DNA of 64,000 bases. Source: Thermomicrobiales bacterium. GTDB taxonomy: Bacteria; Chloroflexota; Chloroflexia; Thermomicrobiales; UBA6265. Made by a program: the position numbers and the translations under genes. Below are positions 55,549 to 63,343 of this stretch, piece by piece. Every line of letters starts with the position of its first letter. Positions within the stretch are counted from its first letter, which is position 1. The notes below the pieces were generated by a model. That model had not been told where the DNA came from. It was given only the letters and a program-made list of their open reading frames with translations, and did no database searches. The stretch is taken from NCBI GenBank assembly GCA_035944555.1, contig DASZAY010000012.1, positions 77,899 through 141,898 on the forward strand, given 5' to 3'.

Positions 55549-57093
55549 TTACTCGCGCGCCAGCACGGCGAGGGTCAGCAGGACCAGTCGGGCGGTCGCC
55601 CGGGTGTAGTCAGTGTCGACGCCGTCGATCGTATCGCAGGTGCAGTTGATCAGCGGATCGCCGTAGAGCATGCTCGCGACGAGGATCGTCGGGATACCGG
55701 CGTTGGTCAGCGGGACTTCATCTGCCACGATCGCCGGGTTTTGCCGTGGGGCGACGTTGAGCTCGAACCCGACGTCGTCATAAACAGTCAGCAGGATGTC
55801 CTGGATGAACGCGGACGATGGCGACGCGTTGACGTAGAGCACCCGGTAGCCGTAGGCGGTGCCGACCGAGTCGATGTTGATCCCACCGCCGTAGGGTGTG
55901 CCTTCCTCGATCGCTCGATCCCCGAACGCAAAAGCTCCCTGCAGCCCCACCTCCTCTCCATTGAGGGCGACCAGCCGGACCGGGTAGGTCAACTCGTACC
56001 CGGAGAGGACCCGGGCCGCTTCGAGCAGGACGGCTACACCTGTGCCGTTGTCCAATGCGCCCGGAGCGATGTCGTTGCCCGGCGTATCTTCGGCGATCGT
56101 GTCGAAGTGGGCGAATGCCGCCCAGATCGGGCCCTCGACCTTGCCCGGGATCTCGGCCACGACATTGAGGGACAGCATCCCGTTGCTGGCGACGTAGTCC
56201 TCGTACCAGACGTCCAGCCCGTAGGCGGCAAAGCGAAGGAACAGATATTCGGCCGCTATCTGGTTGCCCGGCAGGGCGAAGTACCGGGAGCCGGGAGTGC
56301 CGGGCTCGACGCCGGAGGACGCCAGGTCGGCGATCGTCCAGATGATCTCGCTCTCGTTCGCGTCCAGCGCCTGGTCGACGGCATCGGAGACCGCAGGCCG
56401 GCTGCCCCCGGGCTGAGCCGTGAGCTGCGGAGTCCCGGCCGGGACGTACGGCATGACCTTTTCGACTACCGTCCCGGCGGCGAGGAGTTCCGCGACGAAG
56501 GCGGGCACGGACGCCAAGGCGACGATGCTCGTCGCGGCCTCCTCGTCGACCACCGTCCCGGTCGCCTCGATCAACTCGCGATTGGGCCGTGCCGGCCCAT
56601 CGGTGATCGCATAGAGGTTGAGTGACGGCGCCTCGTCGACGATGTGGACCGGTTCGGCACCGGCAGCGACCAACCACCCGAGGTCGGGCGGCGTGCCGCC
56701 GACCCAGACGGCCGTCTCCGTCCGGTACGACGCCCGCATGCCAGTCGACTCAAGGGCGGTGTCGGTCGCCGGTCCGCTGGCGAACCGGACCAGACATGGG
56801 CCGGCGCAATCGAACGCGTCGACCGGTGTGGCCCGGACGTCGGGGGTGGCTGCCGGAGTGGCACTTACCGGGGTCGCACCGATCGGCGTGGCACTCACCG
56901 GAGTAGCACTTACCGGGGTGCCGACGGCCGGCGTTCCGCTCGTGGGGGTTGCGGCTACGGGACTCGACGGCGCCGGTGTGGCTCGCTCGACGCGACCCCA
57001 CGCGCCGGCAGGGAGCATCGATCCGACGATGACCAGGACGACGACGATCAGCAGGATCGGTCGGGGAGTGACCGCACCACGATTCCAGCGCAT
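55549..57093 (-). CDS. Secreted/anchored M28 family metallopeptidase with an (x-S-A-T-P)n linker
   Basis: Start at ATG 57093 (MRWNRGAVTPRPILLIVVVLVIVGSML). The M28 core reads AHFDTIAEDTPGNDIAPGALDNGTGVAVLLEAARVL ... LNGEEVGLQGAFAF. The ORF-track start at 57459 adds 122 implausible residues. Confidence 0.85.
   Translation of the reverse strand: MRWNRGAVTPRPILLIVVVLVIVGSMLPAGAWGRVERATPAPSSPVAATPTSGTPAVGTPVSATPVSATPIGATPVSATPAATPDVRATPVDAFDCAGPCLVRFASGPATDTALESTGMRASYRTETAVWVGGTPPDLGWLVAAGAEPVHIVDEAPSLNLYAITDGPARPNRELIEATGTVVDEEAATSIVALASVPAFVAELLAAGTVVEKVMPYVPAGTPQLTAQPGGSRPAVSDAVDQALDANESEIIWTIADLASSGVEPGTPGSRYFALPGNQIAAEYLFLRFAAYGLDVWYEDYVASNGMLSLNVVAEIPGKVEGPIWAAFAHFDTIAEDTPGNDIAPGALDNGTGVAVLLEAARVLSGYELTYPVRLVALNGEEVGLQGAFAFGDRAIEEGTPYGGGINIDSVGTAYGYRVLYVNASPSSAFIQDILLTVYDDVGFELNVAPRQNPAIVADEVPLTNAGIPTILVASMLYGDPLINCTCDTIDGVDTDYTRATARLVLLTLAVLARE
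56855..56930 (-). repeat. In-frame imperfect tandem repeat of about five 15-nt units, encoding GTPVSATPVSATPIGATPVSATP
   Basis: The plus strand reads GGAGTGGCACTTACC GGGGTCGCACCGATC GGCGTGGCACTCACC GGAGTAGCACTTACC GGGGTGCCGACGGCC. Confidence 0.6.
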
Positions 57094-57324
57094 CACGAAC
57101 TCCAGCAATCGACAACACCAACCACGATTACCTGTACATACACCGGGCGGAGTGTACCGCGATACGATGACTGATCCGATCCAGGGATACCGGGCTCTTT
57201 CGCGATCGTCGTTGACACGCAGGCCGGAGCGGGCGATGCTTCCCAGCGGCTTCGCCCGGGTGGGCGAGCCGCGACACGACTGACAACCCAGGGCGATCGG
57301 GCGTCTCTCCGCGGGCATGAATGC

Positions 57325-57430
57325 TGGCGGAGGAGACGAGACGGGGGAAGCCGGTGAGAATCCGGCGCTGTCCCGCAACTGTGACGGACGGACGAGAGTC
57401 CACTCCGGAGCCAGGCTACCCGTTCCGATC
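57325..57430 (+). promoter_or_regulatory. Cobalamin (B12) riboswitch aptamer
   Basis: The conserved core GGGAAGCCGGTGAGAATCCGGCGCTGTCCCGCAACTGTGA lies at 57345..57384. A B12-box-like AGTCCACTCCGG follows, then GAGCCAGGCTACCCG (compare the consensus GAGCCAGGAGACCTGCC). The aptamer lies in the 5' leader of the 57624 operon. Its boundaries are approximate. Confidence 0.85.
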
Positions 57431-57503
57431 GCGACCGGCCCCTCCGAGAGAGAGGGCATCCGGCGACCGGCTTCGCGATAGCTTCGCGTCTACCGGCCGA
57501 CCG

Positions 57504-57543
57504 ACGCCCGTTCCTCATCCGCGAGGGACGGGCGTTTCCGTTT
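57504..57543 (+). terminator. Riboswitch expression-platform terminator
   Basis: ACGCCCGT(t)CC-tcatccgcgag-GGACGGGCGT is followed by TTCCGTTTC. It lies 80 nt upstream of ATG 57624. Confidence 0.7.
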
Positions 57544-57623
57544 CAAGCCCACGGGGCCAGAGGACGGGACCACGGGATCGATCGGAAATCGCGCTGGACG
57601 ACTCGTCGCGGAGAAGAGATGTC

Positions 57624-58655
57624 ATGGTTGTTCCGTTCCACACACTGACTGGTGAGATCGCTCGCCGTCTCGCTGCCCTGCTGATCGCGCTGGCACTCGT
57701 CGGCGGGCTGGCGGCTCCGGCCGCCGCTCAGGAGGCCACTCCAGGGGCTGGTACGCCGTCGGCGGGGACGCCTGCGGCCTCCGTTGTCGGGCTCGGTGGC
57801 GTTGATCTCGCCGCTGCCGCGGCCGGGCTGATCGCCGTCCAGGATGCCGGTGGTGGCTTCATCGGCTTCAGCGGTGACGCCGATCCTGGCGTGACGACTG
57901 ACGCCGTCATGGCGCTTGTCGCGGCCGAAGAAGCTGGCGTCGATGTCGGCGACAGCATCGACCTCGCCCTCGGCTACCTCGAGAGCGAAGGCGCCGCCTA
58001 CGCGGAGATCGGGATCGGCCAGGCCGCCAAGCTGGTCCTGGCGGTTGTCGCCGCGGGCGCCGATCCGGCGGCATTCGGCGGGACGGACCTTGTGGAGGCC
58101 ATCGAAGGTATCGAGATCGTCGACGGAGTGATCGGCACCGGCTACTTCGACGCCGCCTACGTGACGCTCGCCGCCGCGGCGCTCGAGAGCGAGCGGACCA
58201 GCGAGTTCAGCGACGCACTGCTCGCTGGCCAGCTTGAGGACGGCTCCTGGGCGTACTCGCCCGGCGCGGCTGTCGGCGACGGTGATAGCAACACGACCGC
58301 GCTGGCGCTGCAGGCCATTGTCGCGACCGGCAACGCCGAAGACCCGGCGATTGAGGCCGGGCTGGCCTACCTTGCGACGGTCCGGGCCGAGAACGGAGGC
58401 TACGGGTACGCCGCCGTCACCGATGTGCCAACCGTCGCCGATGCTAATTCCACCGCGCTGGTGATCCAGGCGCTGATCGCGACCAGCACCCCGGTCGATG
58501 ATGCCGGATTCCAGGCCGATACCGAGGCGCTGGCGGCGTTCCAGCTGGAGTCCGGTCAGTTCGCCTACCTCCTCGACGATCCGACCGACAACCTGTTCGC
58601 GACCGTCCAGGCCATCCCGGCCGCCGCCGGACTGCCGCTGCCCGTCGCCGCCTGA
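57624..58655 (+). CDS. Secreted prenyltransferase/terpene-cyclase-like (alpha/alpha toroid repeat) protein, B12-riboswitch regulated
   Basis: A signal peptide ends at ..LAAPAAA|QEATPGAGTP. Repeated motifs of the QW/prenyltransferase type are spaced about 45-50 aa apart: VQDAGGGF, QLEDGSWAY, RAENGGYGY and QLESGQFAY. First gene after the riboswitch. Confidence 0.7.
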   Translation: MVVPFHTLTGEIARRLAALLIALALVGGLAAPAAAQEATPGAGTPSAGTPAASVVGLGGVDLAAAAAGLIAVQDAGGGFIGFSGDADPGVTTDAVMALVAAEEAGVDVGDSIDLALGYLESEGAAYAEIGIGQAAKLVLAVVAAGADPAAFGGTDLVEAIEGIEIVDGVIGTGYFDAAYVTLAAAALESERTSEFSDALLAGQLEDGSWAYSPGAAVGDGDSNTTALALQAIVATGNAEDPAIEAGLAYLATVRAENGGYGYAAVTDVPTVADANSTALVIQALIATSTPVDDAGFQADTEALAAFQLESGQFAYLLDDPTDNLFATVQAIPAAAGLPLPVAA

Positions 58656-58716
58656 TGAGATTCGCCGGGTCGCTCCCATTGCGGTCCGGCGAACGGAACC
58701 GATTGAACCCACGACC

Positions 58717-59403
58717 ATGAGACACATTCCCGTCCCGCTGCCGATCCTCGCTGTCGCCCTCCTGCTGATCACCATCCTGTCCCTCGATGGGACGGTGGTG
58801 GCTGGACAGGACGCGGCCGCCGGATCGGTCAGCCGGGCGGGAATCGTCGTTCTCCACGGTGACGGATCCCGGACCGACGCCGTCGTGGCGTTCCCGGGCG
58901 CCGACGTGTCCGGTGTCGAACTGCTCCGGCAATCGGGGATCGAGGTCCTCGCCGTCCCGTTCGGCGGCCTCGGTGAAGGGATCTGCCAGATCGAACAGGA
59001 AGGCTGCGAGATCTCGGAGTGCCGGCGGACCGTCTGCCAGGCGACGCGTGACGCCCCCTACTGGCAACTGTTCGACCGGGTCGCGGCTGACGGGACATGG
59101 CAGTCGGCCCGTCTGGGGGCCTCCGCCTCCCGGGTGAGGGACGGGCAGGTCGTCGTCTGGGCCTGGACCAACGATCCGATCGACCTGCCTCGCCTGGACC
59201 TGCCCGCGGTCGCGACCGCGGCGGGACTGGACCAGGAAGCCCTCGAGACGTTCGGGCAGGACGGCCCGGACGCGGTCGTCGCGTCGGGGTATACGAGCCC
59301 GTCCGCCCCGGTGACATCGAGTGCGGGGCTGATTGGCCTGCTGGCGATCATCGTGACCGGCGCGGTCATCCTGCTCGGCAGGCGCCTACGTATGGTCCGA
59401 TGA
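58717..59403 (+). CDS. DUF4430-like (transcobalamin beta-domain-like) protein with an N-terminal signal/TM and a C-terminal TM anchor
   Basis: The core AGIVVLHGDGSRTDAVVAFPGADVSGVELLRQSG..FGGLGEGICQIE..APYWQLFDRVAADGTWQSARLGASASRVRDGQVVVWAW follows the DUF4430 pattern, a (Y)W-x-(Y/L)-x-V..G......G.....(V/L).DG(D/Q).(I/V).W. The C-terminal anchor is GLIGLLAIIVTGAVILLG. Assigned by pattern only. Confidence 0.5.
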   Translation: MRHIPVPLPILAVALLLITILSLDGTVVAGQDAAAGSVSRAGIVVLHGDGSRTDAVVAFPGADVSGVELLRQSGIEVLAVPFGGLGEGICQIEQEGCEISECRRTVCQATRDAPYWQLFDRVAADGTWQSARLGASASRVRDGQVVVWAWTNDPIDLPRLDLPAVATAAGLDQEALETFGQDGPDAVVASGYTSPSAPVTSSAGLIGLLAIIVTGAVILLGRRLRMVR

Positions 59404-60878
59404 CGATTCCGGCGATCCCACGGCCCCGGAACGTGCCGTCCGTCCGGCGCACCCGACGACCATTATCCGGTTCCTTGCCGTCCGGTCGCAGCCGACCCGA
59501 CAGGAGAATCAGTGGGGCGCAGGGGTCGCGCTCCCAGGTCCGGGCCGTCACGCCGATCTCGGAACGACCTTCGACGTACCGTGATCCGGTTGACGCGACG
59601 CAGGTCCTCGATCCGCGCGTCTGGCTCGTCTGGCTGGCGGCAGTCACGTTCCCGGCTCTGGCTGGCCGGAACCCGTTTCCGCTTTTCGGGTTGCTGATCG
59701 TGGTCATCGTCGTCCGGGGAGCCTGGGCGCCGGCACTCGTCCGGGAGGCGGGCTGGGTGCTGGTCCTCCGGATCGCCCTCTTCGCCGCCGTCCTCAGCGT
59801 CCTCTTCAACCTGCTGGCGGCCCCGTTCGGCGACCAGGTCCTCGTCCGGCTCCCGTCGTGGTGGCCGCTCGGCGACGTCATGACGCTCAACGCCCTGACC
59901 TACGGGCTGATGGGGGCGCTGGCGATCGTCGTGATCGTCCTCGCGGGAACCATCGCCGGGGCGCTGGTCGACTGGCCGGAGCTGCTGCGGATGGTGCCAG
60001 GGCGGCTGCTCCCGCTCGCCGTTGCCGGGAGCATCGCCTGGGCGTTCGTCCCGCGGACCGTGTCGACGATCCGGGACATCCGCGACGCCCAGCGGAGCCG
60101 GGGCTTGCGCTTCGAGTCGGCCCGGGCGGTCCTGCCACTGCTGGTCCCGCTGATCGCGACCTCGCTGGAACGCGCGTCCACGACGGCCGAGGCGCTGGAA
60201 TCGCGAGGGTTCGGCGGCAGTTCGGGTCTGTCGCGAAGCCGCCGTCGCCGGGGCGCGAGGGCCATGCTGGCCGGAGGTGCAGCCCTGGGGGTCCTCGCCG
60301 CAACCACCTGGCTGAATGGAGACCGGACCGTGGCCGGACCCACCGCCCCTGGGGCGATCGTCCTGCTCGTCTGGGGCCTTCTCCTATCGCGCCAGTCGTC
60401 GGGCCGGACCCGCTATCGCCAACGTCGCTGGACCGGCGCGGACCGGGTGATCCTCGCGGCGGCGGCAGCCTCCCTCGGGTTGTCAGTCCTCGTCTGGCTC
60501 CGGCACCGGGAGGCGGTTGCCTGGAGCCCGTATCCCGATGTCGTCTGGCCCGCAGGCGACGGCTGGCTGATGGTGGCGATCCTCCTGCTGTTCGCGCCCG
60601 CGGTCGCCGCCCCCCTGGTCGTGCAGCGCGGGGAGTCGGCAAGCCGGGACGCTCTCGTCCAGTCCCCGGAAGCTCCCGGGACTTTCACGGTCGCGGTCGT
60701 CAAGGACAACGCGCCAGGACTAATGTCCCCGGCCAGTCGCCGCGGTCACCATTCCCGGCAGCGACCGTTCGCGTGCTGGCCTCCGCGGGTCATCAACCGC
60801 GGCAGGCAAGATCATGAGGTGCCCCGGTTGCTCGACGTGGTACCCAGGTCCGATCTGAGGCTCGCCGGGGATGATTGA
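59400..60878 (+). CDS. ECF transporter transmembrane (T) component EcfT/CbiQ with N- and C-terminal extensions
   Basis: The ATGA start/stop overlap with the preceding gene suggests coupling. TM1-4 are followed by the two coupling-helix motifs, IRDIRDAQRSRGL and TSLERASTTAEALESRGF (Ala-Arg-Gly type). There is a roughly 65-aa Arg-rich N-terminus, and about 4 TM segments instead of about 1 after the coupling helices. Confidence 0.85.
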   Translation: MTIPAIPRPRNVPSVRRTRRPLSGSLPSGRSRPDRRISGAQGSRSQVRAVTPISERPSTYRDPVDATQVLDPRVWLVWLAAVTFPALAGRNPFPLFGLLIVVIVVRGAWAPALVREAGWVLVLRIALFAAVLSVLFNLLAAPFGDQVLVRLPSWWPLGDVMTLNALTYGLMGALAIVVIVLAGTIAGALVDWPELLRMVPGRLLPLAVAGSIAWAFVPRTVSTIRDIRDAQRSRGLRFESARAVLPLLVPLIATSLERASTTAEALESRGFGGSSGLSRSRRRRGARAMLAGGAALGVLAATTWLNGDRTVAGPTAPGAIVLLVWGLLLSRQSSGRTRYRQRRWTGADRVILAAAAASLGLSVLVWLRHREAVAWSPYPDVVWPAGDGWLMVAILLLFAPAVAAPLVVQRGESASRDALVQSPEAPGTFTVAVVKDNAPGLMSPASRRGHHSRQRPFACWPPRVINRGRQDHEVPRLLDVVPRSDLRLAGDD

Positions 60879-62493
60879 GCGGCCAGCAAGGACCATCGCG
60901 CGGCTGGCCAATGTCTCGTACCGCTACCCTGGCGCCACGCGTCCCGTCCTCACCTCGGTGGACTGGGAGATCCCGGATGGCGCGTTCGTCGTCGTCGCCG
61001 GCGCGTCTGGCAGCGGCAAGAGCACCCTGCTGCGGACCCTCAACGGTCTGGTGCCCCACTACTCCGGCGGGCGCTTCGGTGGGCGGGTCACGGTGGCCGG
61101 CCTGGATACCCGCCGCCATGGTCCTCGTGAGCTGGCGAGATCGGTGGGGTTCGTCTTCCAGGACCCGGAAGCGCAGCTCGTCACAACCCGGGTGGTAGAC
61201 GAGATCGCGTTTGGCCCGGAACAGTTCGGGATGCCCACGCGGGCGCTACGGGTTCGGGTCGAGGAGGCGCTCGACCTGGTCGGGATCGCCCACTTGGGCG
61301 GCCGGGAGATCGCCACGCTCTCCGGGGGCGAGCGACAGCGCGTCGCCATCGCCGCCGCCATGGCGCTCGGTCCGCGTCTGCTCGTCCTCGATGAACCGAC
61401 CAGCCAGCTGGACCCGTGGTCGACCGAGGAGGTGATCGCGGCGCTCGTCCGGCTCAATTCCGATCACGGGATCACGGTCGTCATCGCCGAGCATCGCCTG
61501 GACCAGCTGGCTGCCGGAGCCGACCGCTTGCGGATGGCGATCGAGGACGGACGCTGGCTGGAGGGTCCACCAACCTCGGTTGTGGCCGACGGGCGGGTGC
61601 CCGATCTGCTCCTGCCGTCCGTCGTGCGTCTCGGGCGGCGGCTGGGCTGGTCGCCGCTGCCACTGACGGTCAAGGCGGCCCGCGTCGCCGCTGCCGGCAC
61701 ACCGGTGAGGATCAGTGCCCCGCGAACCGCCACCGCCGACGGTCAGACGCTGATCTCGGCTCAGGGCCTGCGCCTGGAGCATCCGGTTCCGGGCGGTGCG
61801 CGGCCGGTCCTCGCTGATGTCAACCTGCGACTTCGTGAGGGCGAGATCGTGTCCCTTGTCGGGCGGAACGGGTCGGGAAAGTCGACGCTGCTCCGTGCCC
61901 TCGCCGGCCTGCATCGTCCCTCCGCGGGGAGCATTCGCTGGCCTGGCGATGCCACCCGGCCCCTGGACGGGATCGTCGGTTACCTGCCCCAGGACCCGTC
62001 GGCGTTGTTGTTCAACGAGCGGGTCGAGGACGAGCTGGCAATCGGGCGGTCCGCCGCCGAACGGGCCGGACGACCTGAGCCGTCGTGTGAGGCATTGCTG
62101 GCGTGGCTCGGACTGGCCGATCTCGCCGACCGGCACCCGCGCGATCTGAGCTCGGGGCAACGGCAGCGGGTCGCGATCGCCGCGGTCCTGGCCGCCGCGC
62201 CGTCCGTCGTCCTGCTCGACGAGCCAACGCGCGGAATGGACGGCGTCCGGAAGGCTGAGTTGATCGCCCTGCTCCGGGAGCTGGCCGGCACCGGTCTCGC
62301 CATCGTTGTGGCGACCCATGACATGGAACTCGCTGCTGCCGTGGCCCATCGGGTCGTGATGCTGGGTGGGGGAGAAGTGATCGCGGATGGGCATCCGCGA
62401 TCGGTACTCGGCTCGGCGCTGGGTTACAGCCCCCAGGTGAGCCGGGTCCTCGGGCCGGACGTCCTCAGCGTCGAGGACGTCGAACGAGGCTGA
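60871..62493 (+). CDS. Fused double ATPase (EcfA-EcfA'/CbiO-like) of the ECF transporter
   Basis: Two complete ABC cassettes are present: GASGSGKSTLLRTLNG / LSGGERQRVAIAAAMA / LVLDEPTSQLD, and GRNGSGKSTLLRALAG / LSSGQRQRVAIAAVLA / VLLDEPTRGMD. The start overlaps the EcfT stop (ATGATTGA). Confidence 0.9.
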   Translation: MIERPARTIARLANVSYRYPGATRPVLTSVDWEIPDGAFVVVAGASGSGKSTLLRTLNGLVPHYSGGRFGGRVTVAGLDTRRHGPRELARSVGFVFQDPEAQLVTTRVVDEIAFGPEQFGMPTRALRVRVEEALDLVGIAHLGGREIATLSGGERQRVAIAAAMALGPRLLVLDEPTSQLDPWSTEEVIAALVRLNSDHGITVVIAEHRLDQLAAGADRLRMAIEDGRWLEGPPTSVVADGRVPDLLLPSVVRLGRRLGWSPLPLTVKAARVAAAGTPVRISAPRTATADGQTLISAQGLRLEHPVPGGARPVLADVNLRLREGEIVSLVGRNGSGKSTLLRALAGLHRPSAGSIRWPGDATRPLDGIVGYLPQDPSALLFNERVEDELAIGRSAAERAGRPEPSCEALLAWLGLADLADRHPRDLSSGQRQRVAIAAVLAAAPSVVLLDEPTRGMDGVRKAELIALLRELAGTGLAIVVATHDMELAAAVAHRVVMLGGGEVIADGHPRSVLGSALGYSPQVSRVLGPDVLSVEDVERG

Positions 62494-62535
62494 GGGGACC
62501 TGAGTCGTCGGGCAGGAACGTTCGACCGATGGGAC

Positions 62536-63177
62536 CTAGGAGGGAGTCTCGTCGGTTTCGTCAACAGCCTGGTCGGCTCTTGCTCCGAGCGCTGGCAGGA
62601 CGACTGCGTCGATATACCGGTACATGTACTCCGCATCCGGATCACACTGTTCGGCCATCGGGCGGGCCAGTGCGGCCCCAGCCATCATGTGCTGAAGGAA
62701 CTCGGCGGCGTCCGATCGGTTCGGCATCTCGCCGCGCTCGATCGCCCGGCCGAGCATCTGGTTGAGCAGCTGGCGCCCCGGTCCCGCGACCTCGGCCTCG
62801 ATCGCCCGGGCGAGCTCCGGGTGTCGCCGGCCGGCCTCCGAGAGGCTGCAGATCAGGTCCATCCGCGCGTTGCTGCCCGAGTACCGGCGGGCGATCTCCC
62901 GCAGGTCGCCACGCAGGCTGCCGGTATCGATGTTGGCCACGGTGGTGTATTTCAGGTGCCGCATCGCTGCGGCGACGAGCACTTCCTTGGATCCCCACTG
63001 CCGATAAAGGGTCGCCTTGCTGGACTTCGTCGCCGTGGCGATCTGGTCCATCGTCAGGTTGTCGTAGCCCTCGGCCGCGACCAGTTCCAGGATGCAGTCA
63101 TGGATCTCCGCCTCGCGCTCTGGCGAGAGGCGGGACCGGCGGGCGAGAGGTTCGGTTGTCAGCCCACTGGTCATCAT
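62536..63177 (-). CDS. TetR/AcrR family transcriptional regulator
   Basis: N-terminal HTH: REAEIHDCILELVAAEGYDNLTMDQIATATKSSKATLYRQWGSKEVLV. Start set at ATG 63177 (MMTSGL..). Confidence 0.9.
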   Translation of the reverse strand: MMTSGLTTEPLARRSRLSPEREAEIHDCILELVAAEGYDNLTMDQIATATKSSKATLYRQWGSKEVLVAAAMRHLKYTTVANIDTGSLRGDLREIARRYSGSNARMDLICSLSEAGRRHPELARAIEAEVAGPGRQLLNQMLGRAIERGEMPNRSDAAEFLQHMMAGAALARPMAEQCDPDAEYMYRYIDAVVLPALGARADQAVDETDETPS

Positions 63178-63343
63178 GTGAGTCCCTGACGCTTCGTCGC
63201 GTCGATGGTCGCGAGGGGCGAAAGAACGGGGAACCGATAATCCTTCGTTATTGTGCCATACCGCGGCGGTCGGAAGTGCCGCTCCGGGGCAGCGAAGCCG
63301 GGCCGCCACGCTACCGTGGCGGCCCGGCACTTCGCCGTCCGGA

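Noticed and set aside
57543-58775. 410-aa minus-strand ORF across the riboswitch platform and the first operon gene
   Set aside because: It is antisense to the toroid-repeat gene and overlaps the riboswitch terminator. The product is R/G-rich low complexity with no start context.
61246-62394. 382-aa minus-strand ORF
   Set aside because: It is antisense to the double-ATPase gene, which has two complete ABC cassettes on the plus strand.
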